From Hyaloraphidium curvatum SAG 235-1 (lineage: Eukaryota; Fungi; Monoblepharomycota): a stretch of 64,000 bases of DNA. Below the pieces are notes generated by a model. It was not told where the DNA came from. It ran no database searches and worked only from the letters and a program-made list of their open reading frames with translations. This document shows positions 12,381 to 23,046 of this stretch, piece by piece; positions within the stretch are counted from its first letter, which is position 1, and every line of letters starts with the position of its first letter. The stretch spans positions 434,001 to 498,000 of the forward strand of contig JAIVFI010000014.1 of the NCBI GenBank assembly GCA_025558095.1. The letters run 5' to 3'. Both the position numbers and the translations under genes were made by a program.

Positions 12381-14581
12381 ATGGCCGCGGCAGTGAAGTC
12401 GGCGGCCCCGCCGCAGGCCGCGCCGCCGCAGGCCTCGCTCGCGCCGTGCGAATACAAGACCGGGAAGACCCTGGGCCACGGCAGCTATGCCACGGTCAAG
12501 GAGGCTGTTCAGGTGGGGGTCGGGTGGTTTCGCAAGCAGCCCGGCAGCGGGGGACTGTCACGTGGTCTCGGGATGCACCACCGCGTGCCTGCCCGCGGCG
12601 CTGCGGGGCTCGAGGGGATGAACAAGCATGCTGACGTTATTCTCCGTCGTCCCCGCGCTTTTCTACGCGTCGGCAGATCAAGACCGGCAAGAGGTTCGCG
12701 GTCAAGGTCATCTCCAAACAGCTCATGCGCGGGAAGGAGGCCATGATCTTGAACGAGATCGAGGTCCTGAAAAAGGTTTCCAAAGGCCACTCCAACATCG
12801 TGACGCTGTGGGACTACTTCGAGACGCCAAACAACCGTAAGCCGTCCTGTGCGGCAGGATCGACCACAATCTGACACAGCGCGCGATCCCGCAGTGTACC
12901 TCGTCATGGATCTGTGCACGGGCGGAGAGCTGTTTGACCGCATCTGCGAAAAGGGAAGCTACTACGAGAGCGATGCCGCGGACATCGTCCGCGTGGTCGT
13001 GTCGGCCATCGAGTACCTGCATTCGCAGAACATCGTGCACCGCGACATCAAGGCGGAGAACCTGCTCTTCAAGTCGCGCGAATCTTCGGATCCGTCGGAC
13101 CTCGTGATCGCCGACTTTGGGCTGAGCAAGATGATGGACGAGGAAAAGGCCTACATGCTCATGACGACCTGCGGCACCCCGGGATACATGGCGCCCGAGG
13201 TCATCAAGCGCACCGGACACAACAAGCCGGTGGACATGTGGAGCTTGGGCGTTTTGACCTACTTCCTGTGGGTTTCGCGGTACTCGAGTGCTTTTGCCAC
13301 CGCGCGCTGACTCGCCCGTTCAGGCTGTGTGGATATACCCCATTCGATGCCAACTCCCAGGCGGAAGAGATCCAGAACATTCTGAAGGGCAAGTACGCGT
13401 TTGAGCCCAAGGAGTACTGGGAGGATGTGTCCGAAGAAGGTGAGAAGTCGATTTCGTTTGGGCCAAGTCGGATACAATCCGTTTCGGACGTTCCCGTCGT
13501 CCGGACCGTTCATGCACCGACGAGATTGCACGTCGAGTTTGGGGTGGACCGCATTGGATCTGGAGACGTGGTTCTGACGTTGCCCTTCTTGCCCCGCTCA
13601 GCCAAGGACTTCATCCGGAACCTCCTCGTCGTGAACCCGAGCAAGCGCCTGACGCCCGAACAGGCCCTCGCGCACCCCTGGCTGAACCGCCCGCCGGAGC
13701 CGCCGGAGGGCACGGTGCCCACTTTGGAGGACTACATGATGGAGGTGGCGGGTTCGGTGCCGGACGTGGCAGCTTCCCTCTCGGGCATGAGCCCGGCTGC
13801 GATGATGGCCGCCGCCGCCAGCTCCTACGTCGCTCCGCCTCAGTTACCCTCCGCTGCTTCGGCTTCGGCCGGGGACGCCGGCCCTGCCGCCCCCGTGCCT
13901 CCCCCCGCCGCTTCCCTGCCTCCCGCCCCCGTTCCCCAACCCATTCCCTCTCCTTCTCCGGCGGGTCCTTCCACCGCCGAGACGAGCCCGAGCAGCGGCA
14001 TCGCCATTCCGGGCCGCAAGTCGGGCAACACCACCCCGGCGCTGAACATGCTCGGCGCGTCGGCCCCGCCGGATGTGATCTACGCCATGATGAACTCGCT
14101 CATGAGCCGGCCGAACGGCCTCCCCATCGCATCGTACGGCGCCGAGACGGGCTCGCTCCCCGGCGTGGGCCTCCTCTCGCGCTCCGTGGCGACGGGTTCT
14201 TCGCCTCGCGAGAAACCCAACCTGATCAACCACGTGCGCTACAACTTCAACGCGCGGAGAACGTTCAGGAAGGCGGTGGAGACGGTGAAGGTGGTGAACC
14301 GGTTCCAGGGGCCGTCGGACTCGCCGACCCGCGGGACGGCCTCGAAACCGGCCAGCAGTGCGGACTTCCTGCGGAGCCGGGACAACTCGGACGACAGCAC
14401 AACCATCTCGTCGGGACGGCCCGCCAGCCCTGCTTTCGGAGTGCTGCCGAAGACGAAGACGTCGTCGGACTCGGATCGTACGTCTCGGGATGCGAGCGCG
14501 GACGGCCACGACCTCGTCAAGACGAAATCGGACGGTACGCTGATGGCATCCGAGAACGGGGACTCGATGGACGTCTCGTAG
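12381..14581 (+). CDS. Ca2+/calmodulin-dependent protein kinase (CMK1/CMK2-like)
   Basis: LGHGSYATVKE, AVKVISK, HRDIKAENLL, IADFGLSK, TCGTPGYMAPE, VDMWSLG, and a CaM-binding FNARRTFRKAV segment. Four introns. Confidence 0.92.
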
Positions 14582-14689
14582 ATTTGGTTTGCTGTTGGAT
14601 TCTGGTTTGGACACGGAGGACGGTCATTTGCCGCCAGGGGCGCGGCGTTTGGATCTGCTGTAAAGGAAACGATGCCCATGGGTTTATTT

Positions 14690-16385
14690 TCAGTGTCGGC
14701 TGCGGCGTAGTCGATTTGCCGTTGTGAGACTCTTGGATTGAGAAAGAAGGATGGAGAGCTCTCCAGACACGCGCATGAAAGCCTCTAGGTCCCCGCGGAG
14801 CAGCTTGGTCGCCGTCTGATCCTTCTGTCGCATGAGCTGAACCGCCTCGGGGGAGTCCACTGTCTCCAGCGTTTCGTCACCCCCAACGACGCCGGCCGCG
14901 ACGTCGAGAATACGATCGGGTCCGAGGTACTTGGCAGCGCGCCTCGCGATCACGTCCTCTGCCTGCACAAGGAAGCGAAAGGCAATCTCTTGGAGCTCCA
15001 CAACATTCTTGCGGAGCTCCCAGTAGCGCCGACGATCGGCCATCTGGCGAACATCCTGTTCTTTCAGCCGAGCTGCGAGGTCCTCGCGTTGTGCAGCTAG
15101 TGCACTCGATCGCGAAGCGTGGTCTCCGCGATCGCGGTCGCTTTCCTGCAAGTGGATTGCTCAGACGTTCTGCGGTTGTGCGTGAGCGTGACCATACCTG
15201 GATCAAGCTGTCTATCGCCCGTTCCAGCTGCCGAGCATTTGCGGAAAGCAAGCTGCTCTGCAATCGCAGGTCCGTGCCTCGTCGATCAAGATCCTTGAAA
15301 GCATGAACGATGTCCTCAATGTCCGGTTCGTCTCCCGACGCGGCGTGCAGCGTAAAGGTCCCGGTGGCTTCCCGGTCCGCCATGACGGTCGCCGACGAAT
15401 CCTTCCGCTCCACAATGGATGCCTTGGAAGCATTCCCTGCGGTAGGTTCTTCATTTGAAGTGCCGTGGCTTTTGGAAGCAAACAGGAGCGGAAGCGCTGC
15501 CCGAAGTGGAGCCCCGTAAGCTGCATAGGTGCGCCCTTGCATGGCCTTGAGGGTTGCCGTCCTAGACGACAGAGTGCTGAGCCTGAACTCGATCTCTCTC
15601 GCTTCCCGCTCTTTCTCCAAGCGGAGGGCGGTTTCGCGATCGCATTTCGTGTTGCTCCGGCTTAGCTTCCTCTGATTCTCCTCCAGGAACGGTCCGAAAG
15701 ACCGCTTGCGCTCTTCCAGCTGGTCCCGTTTGGACTCGAGGGCCTCTTTCCTCCTCTGATTCGCCTCCATCTGCTGTGCATGATCTGTTCGTGCAGACTC
15801 CAGCTCGGCGACGACGCGCGAGAGCTCCTCCTTCTTTTTCGCGACCTCCGGCGAATCCGGTTTGGGCACGCGACGGCCGCGGGACAGAATCGACCGCGAC
15901 GCAATTGAGAATGAGGAGGCAAAGATAGGTTCGTGCTCTCGTTTGCTCGGCCGGGTTGAAAGCGAGGCAACGGAACCTGCGGCCGCAAGAGTTGCGCGTT
16001 CCTTCGCCTGCTCGACAGAAGTATGTTGCCGAGGAATGAATCGCGGCTCCAATGCGAGCGATACGACAGGAACATCGTCAACTTCATCCTCGGCGATGGC
16101 CTGGGGTCGCAGCTCCGGGACGATCAAAGTGACCGGGGTTACGAACTCCTCCCCGGACTCGCTGAGCGCAGGAACGATGGAGCGATAGAGAGCACCTGAA
16201 GACCCCGAATTGTCCTCGCCCAAGGGTCTCTCCGCGCCGATGCTCGGTCCACGTTCACGCCGCACCACGTCCCGCAGCTCCGGCACTAGTCCGTTTGCAG
16301 CCACGACAACATCTTCCGCGCTCGAATGCCTCAGCAAGTCCTCTTCCCGGTGGGCTGGCAAGGTGGAACGCCCTCGAAGCATCAT
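14690..16385 (-). CDS. Coiled-coil protein resembling DUF4200 (CCDC42/CFAP73/CFAP100 family)
   Basis: Segment SFGPFLEENQRKLSRSNTKCDRETALRLEKEREAREIEFRLSTL resembles the DUF4200 consensus. One intron near 15.15-15.2 kb. Confidence 0.5.
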
Positions 16386-16480
16386 CTTGGAATTGAACTT
16401 GGAAATCCGGAAATCGCGAGGATGGACGCCGCAGTCACCCGACATGACATGAAGCAAGCACTCTCTACATTGCTACCGCA

Positions 16481-17740
16481 CTACTCAATCACGAAATCGA
16501 ATCGCCTTTCCGCCTTCCAGATGCTGCGCTCCTTGGATTCGTCGTCGCTCACGCTCTCCTCCAGATTCCTATCCCGCTCGACATACGTGACGGCCAGATC
16601 GTGGTCGCAGAGGATCGCCGTTTGAGTGCGCGTGAGATAGCCTGCGAAGTGACGCTTCGTAGGTTGCGCGGATAGCAGCCCGAGTTCGTCCTACCTGTTT
16701 TCCAAGAGCCGTCCGAGATGCAGATCGACGAAAGGCCTGGCGCCATATGCTGATTCAAGTTCGGTGGAAGTCCGTTAGCGAGGAGTCGAGAAGACGCGCA
16801 GCAGACACTGTACCGGGTCCCAGGGGCAAGCGGGAGGACTCGGCAGTTTCTCCGTGTCCGACAACAGGTCGAACATCCTCGCAATGAGATCGTCCGTGCT
16901 GACTTGCTCGGTGACGAAGTCGCCAACAGCCGCGACGAACTTTTGGCGACCGACGGAAACCTTTGGCCAGTCTTTGTTGAACAGAGTGGCGTTCGAGAGT
17001 CCGACGGCAAAACCCCGCGGGTCGTCGGCGTCGCCCGTGAGCACATCCGAAGGCAGCGTCCGAGGATCCAATCGCGTTGGCTGGACCCCATCACGGTTCG
17101 TGACATACCAAAGGTCCGGGTAAAGGTGCGTACTTCCCTCCGCGACCGGTCGCATGCTCTTCAAATCCCCGACGATCAAGCTGAAGCCGTTGTAGGCCTC
17201 TCCACGTTTGAACACCCAGTTTGAGTACTGCTCCGGAGTCATAAAGTGGGAGCCCGTCCCGTTCGCATTCGCGTCTCCCGAGCCATCGTGGTCAGCCGCC
17301 GACTCCACGAGGTGCGCGCCGCCGAGCAAAAAGTCCCGAACGAGGTATCCGCGGCTGAAAGCGGCAGGTTTGGTGTCGGCCGGGTCCTCTCGATAATTGG
17401 TGAGAACGGCGAACCTGCGGATGTTGCTGAAACGACGTTCCGGACTACGAGTCGAAGCTTAGTAAGCTCACCGGCCAGATGTGGTCATGCCGAGCCAGGT
17501 GCCGTGGCCGTGGAAACGGTGCGGGAAGCTGTGCAGATCCTTCTGGTCGTCCGGAACCAGGAAACCGAGGTCCATGGGCGCGAGGATACGGCCGTCCAGC
17601 TCGTGGAGGAAGCCGGGCGGGTTGGCCATCCAGAAGTCCGCGGCTTTCGTCGGTCTGTCGGAGTACTCGTCCCGGTTCGACGCAATTATCATCCGAAAGC
17701 GGTCCGCATCGCTGCCGAGGGCGAGGAAAAGGATACACAT
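16481..17740 (-). CDS. TANGO2/NRDE-family protein
   Basis: N-terminal MCILFLA...IIASNRDEYSDRPT, GTWLGMTTSGR, FAVLTNYRE, SRGYLV, YNGFSLIVGD, GLSNA, WPKV, YLTRTQTAIL. Confidence 0.88.
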
Positions 17741-17918
17741 CACGCCAGGCGTCTCCCAACAAAGGGAAGTGGCAACGGCGTCTCAAAAGACCGTGATCGG
17801 CGCCGCCGCGTCGATCCGCCGTCGAAACATCTCGAAAGTCGACTCACAAAGCAACATCACATCTCGCAGCCAGCGCCCCAGCAGCACCGTCGCCCCCACC
17901 AGAGGCAGCCGCTTGACG

Positions 17919-18567
17919 ATGAGCTTGTTCCGCGACCCCTTCTTCGGCCCCCTCCTCCGGGGAGCGCCTTGGAATCTCGGGAGCGAGCACACGGCTTCTG
18001 CGAGCGCACCCGTCTTCCCCATCGACCTCCACGAAACGACCAAGGGCTTCGTCATCAAGGCCGGTAAGTACCGAACATTGATCTAGCGCAGCAAGCCTTC
18101 GTGGCTTGGGAATCCCAGCAAATGGGACCTTCTCACTCCCGAGCCTTCGCCGCTCGCGAGCTCCGGCATCGGCGAGCAAGATCTGACGTTGCACATAGAC
18201 CTGCCAGGTTACCAGAAGAAAGACATCAACGTCGAGACGCACGAAGGCGGCTTGCTTGTCATCCGGGCCGAACGCAACAGCGGCATCTCCGCGGGAGAGT
18301 CCGAATCCGACAAAGATGCGGTCGTGCACATCCGCGAGCGTGGAAGTGGGAAAGTGGAGCGGGTGCTCAGGTACGCTGGATGTCTTTCCAGCTCGCTGCT
18401 TGCATCATTTCTCACTTGAACGATGCAGGCTGCCCATTGAAGGCATCGAGGACGACGGCGTCGTCGAAGCTTCCTTTGACAATGGCGTGTTGACGGTCAA
18501 GGTCAAGAAGCCTGCCGAGAAGAAGCCCAAGAAGCGGACCATCGAGGTCGGCAAGACCAGGCTGTGA
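17919..18567 (+). CDS. Small heat-shock protein (HSP20/alpha-crystallin)
   Basis: MSLFRDPFF...PIDLHETTKGFVIKA/DLPGYQKKDINV...RERGSGKVERVLR/LP...ASFDNGVLTVKVKK. Two introns. Confidence 0.9.
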
Positions 18568-18569
18568 AC

Positions 18570-18756
18570 GTTCCTCCCTTCCCCTTTTCCTCTCCCCTCT
18601 TCCCCCTTTTCTCCTCTCCCCTTCTTTTTCTTCCCTCCCCTTCCCCTCCCCTCTTTCCCCCTCTCTCCCCCCCTCCCTTCCTCTCCTTTCCCCTCCCTTC
18701 CTCCCCTTTCCCCCCCTTTCCCTCCCCCCCCCCCTCCCCCCCTTTTTACCCTTTCC
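18570..18756. repeat. ~190-bp low-complexity polypyrimidine (C/T) tract
   Basis: Almost exclusively C and T, starting right after the HSP20 stop codon. Confidence 0.9.
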
Positions 18757-18877
18757 AGTGAGGACGGAAACATATCTAGGACGCCGATCCGGAAACTGCG
18801 AGGGTCAATGCATTTGACGGTCTGGGCCTTAAGCATCTACGAGGACGAAAAAGCGATAGCAGTAGTTGTGCCCCACA

Positions 18878-18926
18878 TCTTTGTTCACAATTGATTGGAC
18901 TTCTTTGTTCACAATTGATTGGACTT
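18878..18926. repeat. 24-bp perfect tandem duplication (TCTTTGTTCACAATTGATTGGACT x2) just downstream of the minus-strand GPx stop
   Basis: Read directly from the sequence. Confidence 0.85.
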
Positions 18927-18936
18927 AAGCCAAACA

Positions 18937-19615
18937 TCAAAGCTTCGCGGAGATGATTGATTCCAACTGGGCAGGCGTCGTGCCGGATCCGAATCGGTCG
19001 ATTACGTTGCCCTGAGAATCCACCAAAAACTTCTCGAAGTTCCTGCCTATAAGTCAGCACTTGCAAGCACTTAACCGTCAGTCACCCCACCACTTGATCT
19101 GGCCAGGCTTCTGCCGCTTCAGTTCCTGGTAGAGGGGGCTCTCACTGGCCCCATTGACGTCCTGCTTTTCGAGAATCGGGAAGCTTACGTTGTACTTCGA
19201 AGAGCTGATTGACCGTTAGGTTAGCAAGAGGAAGCAGGGGGGGACGCACCAGAAGTCGAGGATCTGCTCTTCGGTGCCGGGTTCCTGGGCCCCGAACTGA
19301 TTGCAAGGCACGCCGATGATCTCCAGCTTGGGCTTCATCTTCTCGTAAAGCGCCTGGAGCCCCTTGTACCTGAGCACGCAACCACTGAGCTTTGACAGTC
19401 TCCCAAACATAGTCCACGGTTCACGCACTGGGGAGTGTAGCCGCACCGCGACGCGACATTCACCACGAGAACGTGCTTGCCCTTCAGATCACTGAGCGGG
19501 AAGTCCTGGTGCTTTGCGTCCTAACAAAGTTGAGGTCGATGTGAATCCGGTGATCCTGGTTGCTGCGAGCCCGTCGCAATCGTACCTTCACGACCAGCGA
19601 GTGAAAACTGGACAT
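18937..19615 (-). CDS. Cys-type glutathione peroxidase (Hyr1/Gpx-like, cytosolic), 5 exons
   Basis: Spliced reading MSSFHSLVVK/DAKHQDFPLSDLKGKHVLVVNVASRCGYTPQ/YKGLQALYEK...GVPCNQFGAQEPG...W/NFEKFLVDSQGNVIDRF. The active-site codon is TGC. Confidence 0.9.
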
Positions 19616-19785
19616 CTTGCGATTAGATTGCAAACGCAGGCGGGTCGGGTTTGGGACAGGAAACCGCGGACGGAGGACGTTGAATCCGATCGACGACATG
19701 TCGGATCGAGTTCTCCCGCCTGCTGATCGTCTTAATCGCGGACCCCGAACCTCTTTCTCTTGCCCGGCTAAGCAGCTTCGCGGCA

Positions 19786-20562
19786 ATGCGAACATTGTGG
19801 AGCCTGGTTGTCGTGTTAGCCGCGCTTGCTACGGAGCCCTACGTGCGCGAATGGAGGTCCTCGGCGTCCACAAAGCTGGAAAGCGTTCACGGATTCTCCG
19901 TCACGACTGCGGACGGGAAGGACGTCAGACTGGCCACGCTCATCGGCGGCAACATCACCCTGATTGTCAATACCGCGTCGTACTGTGGCCTGACGCCGCA
20001 ATATGCTGGCCTTGAAGCCTTATACCGGAAGTACCGGGATCGAGGGTTCACAGTGTCTGTCTCGTTGTCGCCCTTGCCTTTCTAGGACGCTAGATTGACG
20101 GCGGATGCATGTTCCTTTAAGCCTAGGCGCACCGTGCAACGGTTTCGGCGCGCAAGAGCCCGAAGACATGCCCTCCATTCTCGCGTTTACGTCGAAGGAA
20201 TTCGGGGTCTCTTTCCCAATGCTCTCCAAAGTGGAAGTGAATGGGCCGAACGAGCATCCGCTGTTCAAATTTCTGAAGGATCAGAAGGCGTCTCTCGGAG
20301 GACAACGAGATATTCAGTGGAACTTTGCAAAGGTGGCAAGCCAGAGGGTGAACTTTTCAGTGCCGTTCCTAACGCTGGCCATCAGTTTCTCCTGGATCGC
20401 AGGGGGTTTGTCCGGGAACGCTTCCTCCCTACTACGAGCCCGGAGGCAATCGAGCCTTACATTGTCGAACTCCTCGAGGAGACGGGATCGCGGACTTCTT
20501 CGAAGTTTCCACGGGCGCTGGACAACTTTGTGGCGATTGGCAGGTGGCTGCGAGTACTGTAG
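19786..20562 (+). CDS. Cys-type glutathione peroxidase with an N-terminal signal or anchor (GPx7/8-like)
   Basis: [15 protein letters not shown] signal, [55 protein letters not shown]. Confidence 0.88.
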
Positions 20563-20666
20563 CAGTGGTATTGGTCTACTAAATTACAGGTATACGATGA
20601 GTTCTCTCCGTGGGGTAGCGGCCCTTGAGCCCAGATCTCCTACTCCCCTCCTGCTGCTGAGTCCAA

Positions 20667-22036
20667 CTAGAAGTCCGCGTCCAAGGTGAAGAAGTTGCTC
20701 GCGGTTTCCTTGCGAGACGTCGTCGGCGTCTGCGGTCCCGCAGGAGACTGGATCATCTGCGTCTTTACGCTCATAGGGGTCTTCGTGACCTTGTGCGACG
20801 CAGGGGTTGCCGCGACCTGGTCACGCTCCACCGAGACGGTATCCAGCCACGTGAAAGGATTGTCCGTCTTGAAGGTCTTGGCGTACCCCAGGCTAACGAG
20901 AACCTCGTCCGCACGGAACTGGATGTACTGCTCGAAAGCGGCGACCGAGGGCATCGGGGTCGACCCGAGCAAGAGGCCCTCTTCCGACGCATCCATGCCC
21001 AGCAGGTCCTTGAGGGCCTCCACCTCGAGCTCCGCGGCCTTTCGCACGCACTCCTCGGCAAACTCCTTGCTCGGCTGCTTCACCAGGTGCGACTGGATCA
21101 AGGCGTCGTACTGCGTGTAGCGCTCAAAGTCCCCGTTGATCTTTTGGAGGCCGTGGATGAGGCCAGGCAGAGCCTGCGGCTTCGCATGCGCGCCCAAGTT
21201 GGCCTTGCGCGGCGTGGCGCCGATGCCCGGGCCCGATGCGGCGGGTCCAGGGGCGGCAAAGAGGTGGAAAAGGGCGGCCATCGCCGAGCAGTTGTGGATG
21301 TGGTGCCAGCACGTCAGCGCGACGTTCCTCTCGGCAAAAGATCTCTCATCGTCCAGCGCGTAGCTCCGGAGCCATTCCCCGGTCGCTTTGTGCGAAGCGA
21401 CTGGGTACAAGCGCGGCACGATCAGAGGGGCGATGGCGAACGGCGGGCAACACCCACTCTTGTCCCTGACCTCCTCAAACACCTTTTTCCTCTCGTCGAA
21501 TCCCGTGCCGTAGACCTCCAGGCAAAGCGAGAACAGCTCGCGGTAGATGTTGCGGCTGAACATCATGTAGCCGTACATGCACCGCGCCTCCAGGACCTGC
21601 ACTACTTCCGAGAACTGCTGGATCACGGTCTCGGTCAGGTCCTGGCCGTACAGAGACGGTTCCGAAGCCAGCAGGGTCAGGGCGCGGAGAATGAAATCCT
21701 TGGCGCGCTTGCTGAGCTTGGGCGAATCCCAGTCGTCGACGTCCGCGGTGAGCTTGATCTCCTCCGCACCCCAGAACTTGGCCTCCGCATCCTTGTAGGC
21801 GTGCCACAGCTGCATCCAGGAGCACCTCGAATGAGAATCCGGCGGCCATCGGCGCCCTCAGGGCGGCCGGAGCGAACGGTACCCACGTCCCCCCAGACTA
21901 TAGGAAATAGCACGAATCTTTTAGTGTTCGACTTGAGGAGCGGTTCGTCCGGGTAGCGGTCGTCCAGGCCTCGGGATAGACTAATGGAGGCGATTTGGTC
22001 GGCCAGATCGTCCTGGGCGAGCAGGGAAGACAGCAT
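20667..22036 (-). CDS. Ribonucleotide reductase small-subunit (R2) homologue, predicted catalytically dead
   Basis: DEPLL...RFVLFPI, W.AYK.AEAKFWGAEEI, EARC.YG, QYIQFRADEVLVSLGY.K.F...NPF.W, C-terminal FTLDADF. Diiron ligands and radical Tyr appear substituted. Confidence 0.88.
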
Positions 22037-23046
22037 TTTGCGTGCCGTTTCTGCAGGGGGAACGCGGCGGTCAGCGCCTGGCGCCCTTCGCGGGCCGAAC
22101 ACGGCGCGAGACCAGCGCCAGACGTGAATCTGTGTCTGGCGGTGTTCCGGCGCGTCCGTGGAAGCCTGTGGTTGCCTACCTAGCTCGTAAGTCGCGTGCC
22201 AGCCGGATCGAATCGGACGTGACCTGCGGAGGCGCGCGCGCGTTCATCCGCAGACCATCAATCGGAATCCCCCACCCACGGCCACCTGAACGGCAGAGAG
22301 GCTGCGAGGTTTCGAGGTGAGAATATGAAAGCCAAGGAGTTGATGGCGCGGAAGTCGAGGACGGATGAACCCTACAATCCAACTCCTATTCGGACGGCAT
22401 GGAGTCGGACGATGCGGAAATCTTCAATCACCTTGGAGAACTGACCTTGTTCGCCGCGTTCTGGCGTTGGCTTGATGTTTTGCTTCTTGATTCTGACTTA
22501 CCGCCCCGCGTTTAGGACGAGTCGAGGTGAGCAGACGATGGTGGATTGGGGACGCGTCGAAGACGACAAAAAGAGACCACAACATTCGGAACGCACCGTG
22601 TCGACGAAACTCCGAATATTCAGCCTTGTCTGAGACCTTGGGAAGCTGCGGCGCGCGGCCGTCGGCGGGGCAGTTGCCGGCGCGACCCTTGGCCGCGATC
22701 TGACTCGGGCTACCCTCTCCGTCATCCGTGCCAATCGGTTGCCGCGGCAGACCAACCTTTCGACCTACCTTAATTGTCTGCTCTTGTCTGGAAATCGACT
22801 GCAGGTTTCCTGACCGCTGGAATCAGTTTCGACGGGTACGTTTTCTTAATCAAGATCGCCGAGCGCACGGGCGCGATGAAATCGTATAGACGGGCGGACG
22901 GAAACGCCACGTACAATGGCAGACTCTTCACGGGTCGACAACCATGTCGAATGTCTATATGCTGACCCGAGAGGCGGCAGTTTGGGAGTCGCGGGCGTAG
23001 TGTCACCGTAACTGATACGACACCCCACGCAGGCGGGACGGGGACG

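Noticed and set aside
18405-18836. G/K/E/R-rich and P/F/S-rich ORFs
   Set aside because: They are translations of the polypyrimidine tract.
18937-20562. Selenoprotein GPx (some early-diverging fungi use Sec)
   Set aside because: Both active-site codons are Cys (TGC and TGT), with no in-frame TGA.
22300-22970. Possible small spliced gene between the pseudo-R2 and Pol-beta-domain genes
   Set aside because: I could not build a coherent exon chain or find a motif.
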